Source of the DNA: Candidatus Fimenecus sp. | GTDB taxonomy: Bacteria > Bacillota > Clostridia > Oscillospirales > Acutalibacteraceae | Direction of reading: 5' to 3' | NCBI GenBank assembly: GCA_045531435.1 | Contig: JAZSDZ010000146.1 | Span: forward strand, 10,156 to 74,155 | Length of the DNA stretch: 64,000 nt | In this document: positions 49,680 through 57,082 of the stretch, one piece after another | Position numbering within the stretch: the stretch's first letter is position 1 | Layout: every line of letters starts with the position of its first letter | Made by a program: the position numbers and the translations under genes | Notes under the pieces: generated by a model | Told to the model about the DNA's origin: nothing | What the model saw: only the letters and a program-made list of their open reading frames with translations | The model's database searches: none

Positions 49680-51035
49680 ATGATTAATACACACGATATA
49701 CTTGAAACTATTAATATGATTCAGGATGATAATCTTGATATCAGAACAATTACAATGGGTATTTCCCTTCTTGATTGCTGTACAGATGATGCAAAATCTA
49801 CTTGTGATAAAATTTATGAGAAGATGACCCGCAAGGCAGAAAATCTTGTAAAAACAGGTGAAGATATTGAAAAGGAATACGGTATTCCTATTATCAATAA
49901 ACGAATTTCAGTAACTCCAATTTCTATGGTGTTGGCTTCAGGCAAAGGTGACCCTGTTTTATATGCAAAAACACTTGAAAGAGTTGCTCAAACTGTTGGT
50001 GTAAACTTTATCGGTGGTTATTCCGCACTTGTTCAGAAAGGCTTTGCTGCAGGTGATGAAGTATTAATCCGCAGTATTCCTGAAGCATTAAGTGTTACAG
50101 ACCACATTTGTTCTTCAGTCAATATCGGCTCAACAAAGGCAGGTATCAATATGGATGCTGTAAAAATGATGGGTCAGATAATTAAGGAATCAGCAGAGGT
50201 TACTGCAAATAAAGGTTGTATCGGACCTGCAAAGCTTGTTGTTTTTTGTAATGCTCCTGAGGATAATCCGTTTATGGCGGGTGCTTTTCATGGTGTTGGT
50301 GAGCCTGACTGTGTAATCAATGTTGGTGTATCAGGTCCCGGTGTTGTCCGTTCAGCCATTTCAAAAATTCCTGATGCAAATATAACAGAAATTGCAGATA
50401 TGGTTAAGCGTACTGCGTTTAAGATTACAAGAATGGGGCAGCTCGTTGCCTGTGAGGCTTCAAAAAGACTTGATGTACCATTTGGTATTGTTGACTTGTC
50501 TCTTGCTCCTACTCCTGCAATCGGCGATTCAGTTGCATATATCCTTGAGGAAATGGGACTTGAACAATGTGGTGCTCACGGTACAACTGCTTGTCTTGCA
50601 CTTCTTAATGACGCTGTAAAAAAAGGTGGCGTTATGGCTTCATCACATGTCGGTGGACTTTCAGGTGCATTTATTCCTGTTTCTGAAGATGCAGGTATGA
50701 TAGCTGCTGCAACAAGTGGTGCACTCACCATTGAAAAGCTTGAGGCAATGACCTGTGTCTGCTCCGTTGGTCTTGATATGATTATTGTACCCGGTGACAC
50801 AACTACAGAAGTGCTTTCAGGTATTATTGCTGACGAGGCTGCAATTGGTATGGTAAATTCAAAGACGACTGCAGTAAGACTTATTCCTGCAATTGGTAAA
50901 AATATCGGTGATACACTTAATTTCGGCGGACTTTTAGGTTATGGTCCTGTTATGAAATTAAATACTGCATCCCCTGCTAAATTTATCAATCGTGGCGGAC
51001 GAATTCCAGCACCATTACAGAGTCTTAAGAACTAA
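49680..51035 (+). CDS. PFL-like UPF0210 (DUF711) protein
   Basis: 451 aa, [15 protein letters not shown]-terminal motif; canonical partner of UPF0237. Confidence 0.8.
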   Translation: MINTHDILETINMIQDDNLDIRTITMGISLLDCCTDDAKSTCDKIYEKMTRKAENLVKTGEDIEKEYGIPIINKRISVTPISMVLASGKGDPVLYAKTLERVAQTVGVNFIGGYSALVQKGFAAGDEVLIRSIPEALSVTDHICSSVNIGSTKAGINMDAVKMMGQIIKESAEVTANKGCIGPAKLVVFCNAPEDNPFMAGAFHGVGEPDCVINVGVSGPGVVRSAISKIPDANITEIADMVKRTAFKITRMGQLVACEASKRLDVPFGIVDLSLAPTPAIGDSVAYILEEMGLEQCGAHGTTACLALLNDAVKKGGVMASSHVGGLSGAFIPVSEDAGMIAAATSGALTIEKLEAMTCVCSVGLDMIIVPGDTTTEVLSGIIADEAAIGMVNSKTTAVRLIPAIGKNIGDTLNFGGLLGYGPVMKLNTASPAKFINRGGRIPAPLQSLKN

Positions 51036-51050
51036 ACAAGAGAAAAAATT

Positions 51051-51084
51051 AAGGTAGTAACTTTTTATGGTTACTACCTTTTAT
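51051..51084 (+). terminator. intrinsic terminator after the UPF0210 gene
   Basis: 11-bp perfect stem AAGGTAGTAAC/GTTACTACCTT, 8-nt loop, T-rich tail. Confidence 0.65.
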
Positions 51085-51255
51085 GTTAACATAAATCATA
51101 CACAACACTTGTCTTTGCTTCGCAATATCATATTTGTATGTCCGTGCTCCTTTGCCTATCGGCATACCGTCGCACATGGACGAATCGCGTTCGAGTCTCT
51201 ATAACCATCAATAAACAAAATAAAACCCACACACCTAATGATGTATGGGTTTTAT

Positions 51256-51277
51256 TGGCGCAGAAGGAGAGACTCGA
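51256..51277 (-). other. orphan 22-nt copy of the tRNA-Ser(GCU) 3' end (att-core-like)
   Basis: TGGCGCAGAAGGAGAGACTCGA is identical to 51434-51455. The similarity ends exactly inside the T-loop. Confidence 0.75.
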
Positions 51278-51393
51278 CAAGGCTCTGCCTTGTCTTTGCT
51301 TCGTAAAATCCTATTTATATGTCCGTGCTCCTCTACCTATCGGCATACCGTCGCACATGGACGAATCGCGTTCGAGTCTCAATAACCATCAAT

Positions 51394-51428
51394 AAACAAA
51401 AAACCCACACACCGAATGATGTATGGGT
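51394..51428 (-). terminator. terminator after tRNA-Ser(GCU) (duplicate copy at 51225-51250)
   Basis: 8-bp stem ACCCAUAC/GUGUGGGU (one G-U pair), then TTTTTGTTT on the minus strand. Confidence 0.6.
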
Positions 51429-51433
51429 TTTAT

Positions 51434-51524
51434 TGGCGCAGAAGGAGAGACTCGAACTCTCGCACCGGTTTCCCGGCCTACGCCCTTAGCAGGGGCGCCT
51501 CGTCACCAACTTGAGTACTTCTGC
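51434..51524 (-). tRNA. tRNA-Ser (anticodon GCU), CCA encoded
   Basis: Hand-folded cloverleaf: acceptor GCAGAAG/CTTCTGC, anticodon arm CGCCC-CUGCUAA-GGGCG, long variable arm, T arm GAGAG-TTCGAGT-CTCTC, G-CCA end. Confidence 0.9.
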
Positions 51525-51558
51525 AAGTGTAACGGATTTAACCATTATTAAATTAAAA

Positions 51559-51585
51559 GCGGGCTGTAATCGTCTTACAACCCGC
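51559..51585 (-). terminator. terminator-like hairpin between the two tRNA genes
   Basis: 11-bp stem (one G-U pair), 5-nt loop, then TTTTAAT. It starts 3 nt after the CCA of tRNA-Ser(UGA). Confidence 0.45.
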
Positions 51586-51588
51586 ATC

Positions 51589-51677
51589 TGGCGGAGAGAG
51601 TGGGATTCGAACCCACGGTACGTTGCCGTACGACGGTTTTCAAGACCGTTCCGTTATAACCACTTCGGTATCTCTCC
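51589..51677 (-). tRNA. tRNA-Ser (anticodon UGA), CCA encoded
   Basis: Acceptor GGAGAGA/TCTCTCC, anticodon arm ACGGT-CUUGAAA-ACCGT, long variable arm, T arm GTGGG-TTCGAAT-CCCAC. Confidence 0.9.
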
Positions 51678-51692
51678 GTATTGGGCTTGATT

Positions 51693-51721
51693 ATAATATC
51701 ATAAAAGAATAACATTGTCAA
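51693..51721 (-). promoter_or_regulatory. sigma-A-type promoter of the tRNA-Ser genes
   Basis: TTGACA - 17 nt - TATTAT, ~15 nt upstream of the tRNA 5' end. Confidence 0.6.
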
Positions 51722-51796
51722 GAACTTTTTTAAAAATTTTTAAGGACTTGCAAACTTTGTTTAATATCTCGCATATATTCCTGCGAGGTGTTTTTT

Positions 51797-52489
51797 ATGT
51801 TGCTTTCATTATTGCAAAGTTTATCCACAAATATTCTTTATTTTATGCTTCACCTTTCGTCAACAAATTCTTTTCCTAAACCTCTGACGGCAAAAGAAGA
51901 GCAAGAAGAATTAATAAAGTTCCACGAAAATGGCGATATAAATGCAAGGAATAAACTTGTAAACCACAATATGCGACTTGTGGCACATATTATAAAAAAA
52001 TATTATTCAAATTATTCTGACCAGGAAGATATAATTTCTATCGGCACAATAGGTTTGATTAAGGCAATTAATACATTTGATTACAAAAAAGGAACACGAC
52101 TTGCTACCTATGCTTCAAGGTGTATTGAAAACGAAATTTTTATGAATTTTCGCATACGAAAAAAGAATGCGCAGGAAATTTCTATGGATGAGCCGATTGA
52201 CACAGACAACGAAGGCAATCCTCTCACCTTCAGCGATATTATTTTCAGCACTGAATCAGTTTTTGATGATGTGGAATTAAAAATGCAAACAGAAAAACTA
52301 TATCACTATATTGATAACATACAAGACAACAGAAAAAAGCAAATCCTGATTATGAGATATGGTCTATATGATACAGAACCTTTAACACAAAGGGAAATTG
52401 CGCAAAAATTAGGAATTTCTCGTTCATATGTTTCTCGAATTGAAACAAAGGCACTTGAAGAACTTCGTGAATTGTTTGAAATTAAATAA
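51797..52489 (+). CDS. sigK: sporulation sigma factor SigK (pro-form, uninterrupted)
   Basis: Hydrophobic pro-sequence ending SSTNSFPKPLTAKEE (compare B. subtilis NNAFPQPLSSSEE), region 2 (ISIGTIGLIKAINTF, ATYASRCIENEI) and region 4 (ISRSYVSRIE). Start at ATG 51797 after GAGGTG. The -10-like CATATATT at 51772-51779 would fit a sigE/sigK-type promoter (weak). Confidence 0.8.
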   Translation: MLLSLLQSLSTNILYFMLHLSSTNSFPKPLTAKEEQEELIKFHENGDINARNKLVNHNMRLVAHIIKKYYSNYSDQEDIISIGTIGLIKAINTFDYKKGTRLATYASRCIENEIFMNFRIRKKNAQEISMDEPIDTDNEGNPLTFSDIIFSTESVFDDVELKMQTEKLYHYIDNIQDNRKKQILIMRYGLYDTEPLTQREIAQKLGISRSYVSRIETKALEELRELFEIK

Positions 52490-52495
52490 CAAGAC

Positions 52496-52519
52496 ACCCA
52501 TCGAAAAAAAACGATGGGT
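52496..52519. terminator. bidirectional terminator between the convergent sigK and sugar-acid operon
   Basis: 8-bp stem ACCCATCG/CGATGGGT around an A8 loop, with a T-rich tail on the plus side. Confidence 0.65.
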
Positions 52520-52525
52520 AACTTT

Positions 52526-53392
52526 TTAGTCTTCTACCATATTTTTTATTTTTTCTGGTATTGGAATATTGGCAAAGCCATAAAAACTTCTTGCGTTTTC
52601 ACCGAGGAAAAGCCTTTTATTTTCTTCACTGATTTCATTTGATTTAACAATAAAATCATAACTCATTTTATATGTGATTGCTGTCATTGTTCGTGGATAG
52701 TCACTACCCCACATAAGTTTATCATAACCAACAATATCTGCAGCTTCGTTTATGGCTTTAATTGCTGATGAAAATGGATAAAATTCATCGTTGAAAAGCC
52801 ATGTTATTCCACCACTTTCGATGAATACATTCTTATTCTTTGCAAGTTTGATTTGTTCGAGCCAATTTTCCCTTGTAACCATACCGAAATGACCGATTGC
52901 AATTCTGAGGTTTGGGAATATTTCAATTATTTCCTGCATCATAGAGGTTTGCTCATCACCATCAGCCAGGTCAATTGAAATAAACTTTCCGTTGTTGTTT
53001 GCAACCTTGAATGGTTCAAGGTGATTGAAAAGATTTTTGTCTTTTAAACGACCTGCGCAGATTTTGATTCCATCAAAGTCTGACATATCACCAAGTGTTC
53101 TTTCCTCATACAAAGCACAGATTTTAATTCTATCACTTTTACAAGTAAGAAGATATTCATCCTGGTTGCCGTCAATGTATTCCTGAGTAATTACTGCACC
53201 TGAAACACAGGCATAATCCATATTTGCAAGAAAGCGTTCAACAGAATTCACTCCGTCCGTTATATATGGTGGCATCATTTGTTTGATTTCACCACCGAAG
53301 TCACTTCTGCCTCTGCCAACATCAAACACAGGCTTTCCGTTCACAATTCCATTTTGTTTTTTCCATAAATGAGCATGAGCATCAATAATCAT
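52526..53392 (-). CDS. amidohydrolase_2-family hydrolase (sugar-lactonase-like)
   Basis: MIIDAHAHLW metal motif and later GHFG / GSDYP motifs. ATGA overlap with the uxaA stop. Confidence 0.7.
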   Translation of the reverse strand: MIIDAHAHLWKKQNGIVNGKPVFDVGRGRSDFGGEIKQMMPPYITDGVNSVERFLANMDYACVSGAVITQEYIDGNQDEYLLTCKSDRIKICALYEERTLGDMSDFDGIKICAGRLKDKNLFNHLEPFKVANNNGKFISIDLADGDEQTSMMQEIIEIFPNLRIAIGHFGMVTRENWLEQIKLAKNKNVFIESGGITWLFNDEFYPFSSAIKAINEAADIVGYDKLMWGSDYPRTMTAITYKMSYDFIVKSNEISEENKRLFLGENARSFYGFANIPIPEKIKNMVED

Positions 53393-54762
53393 AATGTTAC
53401 TCCATCTTTAAATATTGCAATTTCACGGTTACCCTGAATTTCATTTTTTGTGAGTTGTCCGTTTGCAACATTTTTAATTAATTTTAATAATTCATTAGCT
53501 TTTACTTTTTTATCAAAACCATATGCAGAATAGTCAATCCAATGAGATTTTTTAGATGCAATATTATCATTTGATGCGATTTTAATTGTAGGCACAGCAC
53601 CACCAAGTGGTGTACCTCTACCCGTTGTAAACAATACAAGATGACAACCAACTGCTGAAAGATTTGTAATTGAAACAATGTCATTACCAGGACCATTCAA
53701 AAGATTAAGACCTGATTTTGTGAGGGTATCACCATAGTCAAGCACATCAACAACCGGTGCTGTGCCACCCTTTTGAACACAACCAAGAGATTTCTCTTCA
53801 AGGGTAGTGATTCCACCCTCTTTATTTCCCGGTGATGGATTTTCAGAAACTGGCTGACCGTGGTCCTTGAAATACTGTTTGAAATTATTGATAAGATTAA
53901 CACTTTTATCGAAAACTTCTTTGTTTACACATCTTTCAAAAAGGACAGTTTCCGCACCAAACATTTCAGGAACTTCTGTGAGCACTGCAGTGCCACCCAT
54001 TGAGCAGATTTCATCAGTAACTAATCCGCAGACAGCATTTGCAGTAATGCCTGAAAAGCCATCAGAGCCACCACATTTAAGACCGATTTTAAGCTTTGAT
54101 ACAGGAACTTCTTCTCTCGTATCATTTGATGCATTTTCTTTTAATTCGTTTATAAGTACTGTACCTTGTTCAAGTTCATTTTCACAATCCTGAACGGACA
54201 AGAATTTAACTCGTTTTTCGTTCCAGGTTCCTAATACTTTTTGCATTTCAGTGATATTATTATTTTCGCAACCAAGACCGAGAACAAGGACACCACCTGC
54301 ATTAGGATGATTTATAAGTCCACGAAGAATTAACTGTGTAGTTTTATTGTCAGCACCTAACTGACTACAGCCATAAGGGTGTGAAAAATGAATTGTACCT
54401 GTTTTTTCACTTAACTGCTTCGCAATACTGTTTACACAACCAACAGTTGGCACAATCCATATATCATTTCGAATACCTATATCACCATTTTCACGTACAT
54501 AAGCATTGATTGTAAAAGGCTCAATTGGTTCGAGTTCAGTATAATCAGAGTTGTATTCATATGAAAGAATATCCCCTAATTTTGTTTTCATATTGTGAGA
54601 GTGAACACTATCGCCCTCTTTTATATCTTCAGTTGCGAAGCCTATGGGATAACCATATTTTATAATATCTGCACCTTTTTCAATATGACAAACTGCAATT
54701 TTATGCCCTGTCTGAAGATTTACGCAGATATTATCTTTTTCATTTATTCTAACAGTATCCAT
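53389..54762 (-). CDS. uxaA: altronate dehydratase (UxaA family)
   Basis: Collinear with E. coli UxaA as remembered: SAF N-domain, PTVGCVN, YGCSQLG, GLGCENN, CGGSDG, TEVPEMFGAE, SPGNKEGGITTLEEKSLGC, GRGTP. Confidence 0.85.
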   Translation of the reverse strand: MDTVRINEKDNICVNLQTGHKIAVCHIEKGADIIKYGYPIGFATEDIKEGDSVHSHNMKTKLGDILSYEYNSDYTELEPIEPFTINAYVRENGDIGIRNDIWIVPTVGCVNSIAKQLSEKTGTIHFSHPYGCSQLGADNKTTQLILRGLINHPNAGGVLVLGLGCENNNITEMQKVLGTWNEKRVKFLSVQDCENELEQGTVLINELKENASNDTREEVPVSKLKIGLKCGGSDGFSGITANAVCGLVTDEICSMGGTAVLTEVPEMFGAETVLFERCVNKEVFDKSVNLINNFKQYFKDHGQPVSENPSPGNKEGGITTLEEKSLGCVQKGGTAPVVDVLDYGDTLTKSGLNLLNGPGNDIVSITNLSAVGCHLVLFTTGRGTPLGGAVPTIKIASNDNIASKKSHWIDYSAYGFDKKVKANELLKLIKNVANGQLTKNEIQGNREIAIFKDGVTL

Positions 54763-56060
54763 TTCATTGTTTCCTTTGCACCAAGTGTGTCAATTTTTTT
54801 ATAATATTCAGTAACTGATTCAGTTAAATCTGAAAGGTCAGCTGCCCATAATAAAGTATTTTTGAGAATATCAACAATACTGTCATTTTTCATTGTTTCA
54901 ACAACACTTTCTGCATCATCAGGAGTGTCGTTTTTATAGAAATAAATAAGATTTGCCAATGCGAGAGTAAGTCCCTTTGGTGCTTTGCCATTCTTCTCTT
55001 TATATTCAAGAAGTGTAGGAAGTACTCGGACAGAAAATTTGCTTACAGAATTGAGTGCAATTGAACGCCATTTATGTGCTATGAAAGGATTTCTGAAACG
55101 GTCAAATACAGCACTTGCAAAAGCAATACTCTCTTTATTTTCACCGATTGTCGGTAAAATTTCCTCTTTCATGTTTCTACTTAAGAATGCAGAAGCTACT
55201 TCGTCATTCATTGCTTCACCAACTGTTTCGATACCTGAAAGGAGTGCCCCTGCAACAAGAGATGTATGGGCACCATTGAGAATTCTTACCTTGATTTTCT
55301 TATATGGCTTTGCATCATCTGTCCACACAACATTAAATCCAGCTTTTTTAAGTGGGAATTCGTTTTCAAAGTCACCTTCTATAACCCAAAGGTGGAAAAT
55401 TTCTGCTGTATCAAGAAATTTGTCGTCAGGATGAGCATCCTTTGTTTCGTCATTAGGATAACCTGTAACAATTCTGTCAACGAGAGTATTTACAAAGTGA
55501 TTTTCATTTTCAATCCAAGTGATAAAATCCGTTTCAAGATTCCAAAGGCCAGCGTATTTAAGAACGCATTTCTTAAGCTCTGCACCATTGTTATCAATAA
55601 GCTCACAAGAAAGGATAATGAAACCATTCAAGCCATTTATATATCTTCTGTAAAGAAGCTGTGTGAGTTTTCCCGGAAATGATAATGCCGGTTTATCATC
55701 GAATTTACAAGTGTCAACAAACTCAATGCCTGCTTCTGTTGTATTTGAAACAATAAAACGGAAATCAGGATTATCAGCCAATGCCATATAATCCTGAAAG
55801 TTTTTATATGGGTCAACACATCTTGAAATTGACTGGATGTATGTATGCTCCTTTACGATTTCACCATCTTTAATACCTCTTAAATAAAGGTTATATTTAC
55901 AGTCCTGTCCATTAAGGTCTGCTACTCTACCCATTGGAATTGGTTGAACAACAACTGCTTTTCCGTCATAAAGACCTTTTTCATTCATTTTATGAAGAAA
56001 ATAGTCGAAAAATCCACGAAGGAAATTACCTTCACCAAATTGAATTACTGTTTCTTTCAT
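54744..56060 (-). CDS. uxaB: tagaturonate reductase / altronate oxidoreductase (long-chain mannitol dehydrogenase family)
   Basis: VIQFGEGNFLRGF N-terminal motif as in E. coli UxaB. Start at ATG 56060 (AGGTGA RBS). Confidence 0.8.
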   Translation of the reverse strand: MKETVIQFGEGNFLRGFFDYFLHKMNEKGLYDGKAVVVQPIPMGRVADLNGQDCKYNLYLRGIKDGEIVKEHTYIQSISRCVDPYKNFQDYMALADNPDFRFIVSNTTEAGIEFVDTCKFDDKPALSFPGKLTQLLYRRYINGLNGFIILSCELIDNNGAELKKCVLKYAGLWNLETDFITWIENENHFVNTLVDRIVTGYPNDETKDAHPDDKFLDTAEIFHLWVIEGDFENEFPLKKAGFNVVWTDDAKPYKKIKVRILNGAHTSLVAGALLSGIETVGEAMNDEVASAFLSRNMKEEILPTIGENKESIAFASAVFDRFRNPFIAHKWRSIALNSVSKFSVRVLPTLLEYKEKNGKAPKGLTLALANLIYFYKNDTPDDAESVVETMKNDSIVDILKNTLLWAADLSDLTESVTEYYKKIDTLGAKETMKWILLE

Positions 56061-56061
56061 T

Positions 56062-57081
56062 TTAGTCACCTATTTTAATAAGAAGTTTTGCAAGTGTACC
56101 ATCATTATTAGCGAGTGCTTTGAATGCATCAAGTGCATTTTCCATATCATAAATATCACTGACCATTTTCATAGGGTCGGCTTTTTTGTTTGCAACGATA
56201 TCAATCAAGTCGATAAAGTCATCTTTGAGTGCATTACGACTACCATGAATATTAAGTTCCTTTTTAAGGATAATTGAATGAACAAAGTTAGTTTCACGCT
56301 TACCGTTACCGATAAGAATGATATTAGCAGCAAAAGCAGCGTTATCTATACAACCTAAAAATGTTTCAGGAGCACCACAAGCTTCAATGCAAACATCAAA
56401 GCCGTTACCATTTGTGAATTCTTTTGTGAATTCTTCAAGTGACTGTGTTTTTGTGTTAACAACAGCATCTGCACCATATTCTTTTGCTAATTGGAGACGG
56501 TTGTCAAGAATATCAACAACTACGATTTTATTGCACTTCTGTTTTGCTGCTAAAAGTGCAAAAAGGCCAATTGGACCTGCACCGATTACAAGCACATTGT
56601 CAGTTTCCTTGATAGTTGCGCGGGAAACTGCGTGTTGTGAAATTGCAAAAGGCTCAATAAGTGCTAATTCCTGTGCAGAAAGACTTTTCCCGTCATAAAT
56701 TCTCTCCACAGGCATTGAAATGTATTCACTGAATGCACCATCACGCTGAACACCCATTGTCTGATTATCTGTACAACAGTTTACAAAACCTCTTTCACAA
56801 CTATAACAAGTACCACAGTTGAAATATGGATTACAAGTAACGATATCACCGGCTTTAAGTCCTTTGTCATTTTCAGGTATAGTAACGATTTCTGCTGAAA
56901 ATTCGTGACCGGGGATTCTTGGGTATGTAGTAAATGGCTGATTACCTGTAAATGAAGCCACATCGGCTCCACAGATACCAACATATTTAACCTTAAGAAG
57001 TGCTTCGCCTTCCTTTACTTCAGGCATTGGTACTTCTCTTATTTCTATTTCATTGGGATTTGAAATTACTATTGCTTTCAT
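56062..57081 (-). CDS. zinc-dependent alcohol/polyol dehydrogenase (sorbitol / L-galactonate / L-idonate dehydrogenase type)
   Basis: GICGAD, GHEFS, structural-Zn Cys cluster CGTCYSCERGFVNCC, Rossmann VIGAGPIG. Confidence 0.8.
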   Translation of the reverse strand: MKAIVISNPNEIEIREVPMPEVKEGEALLKVKYVGICGADVASFTGNQPFTTYPRIPGHEFSAEIVTIPENDKGLKAGDIVTCNPYFNCGTCYSCERGFVNCCTDNQTMGVQRDGAFSEYISMPVERIYDGKSLSAQELALIEPFAISQHAVSRATIKETDNVLVIGAGPIGLFALLAAKQKCNKIVVVDILDNRLQLAKEYGADAVVNTKTQSLEEFTKEFTNGNGFDVCIEACGAPETFLGCIDNAAFAANIILIGNGKRETNFVHSIILKKELNIHGSRNALKDDFIDLIDIVANKKADPMKMVSDIYDMENALDAFKALANNDGTLAKLLIKIGD

Positions 57082-57082
57082 A

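Larger units (their letters stand above)
51108..51455. repeat. tandem direct repeat, two units of ~178-181 bp (51108-51288 and 51289-51455+), abutting tRNA-Ser(GCU)
   Basis: Hand alignment shows about nine substitutions and one 3-nt indel between the units. Each unit holds a hairpin terminator; the distal unit ends with a 22-nt copy of the tRNA 3' end. Confidence 0.8.

Noticed and set aside
51138-51395. 85-aa plus-strand ORF across the tandem repeat.
   Set aside because: It is created by the duplication itself and spans tRNA-fragment and terminator sequences. It has no RBS.
51320-51400. Module X of the tandem repeat as a tRNA or tRNA pseudogene, because it contains GTTCGAGTCTC.
   Set aside because: I could not build a cloverleaf on either strand. 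The bases flanking the TTCGAGT loop do not pair as a T stem. The only candidate anticodon stem (CGTC/GACG) has a non-canonical loop. There is no acceptor stem.
51100-51800. An integrated prophage or ICE at tRNA-Ser.
   Set aside because: No integrase, excisionase or cargo genes lie between or beside the duplicated tRNA 3' ends. Only ~156 bp separate the copies, so at most this is a scar or a miniature element.
51797-52489. A skin-like intervening element splitting sigK, as in B. subtilis and C. difficile.
   Set aside because: The sigK reading frame is continuous from the pro-sequence to region 4.2.
54985-55682. 149-aa and 138-aa plus-strand ORFs inside uxaB.
   Set aside because: They are antisense to a gene with strong UxaB similarity, and have no RBS and a shadow-ORF composition.
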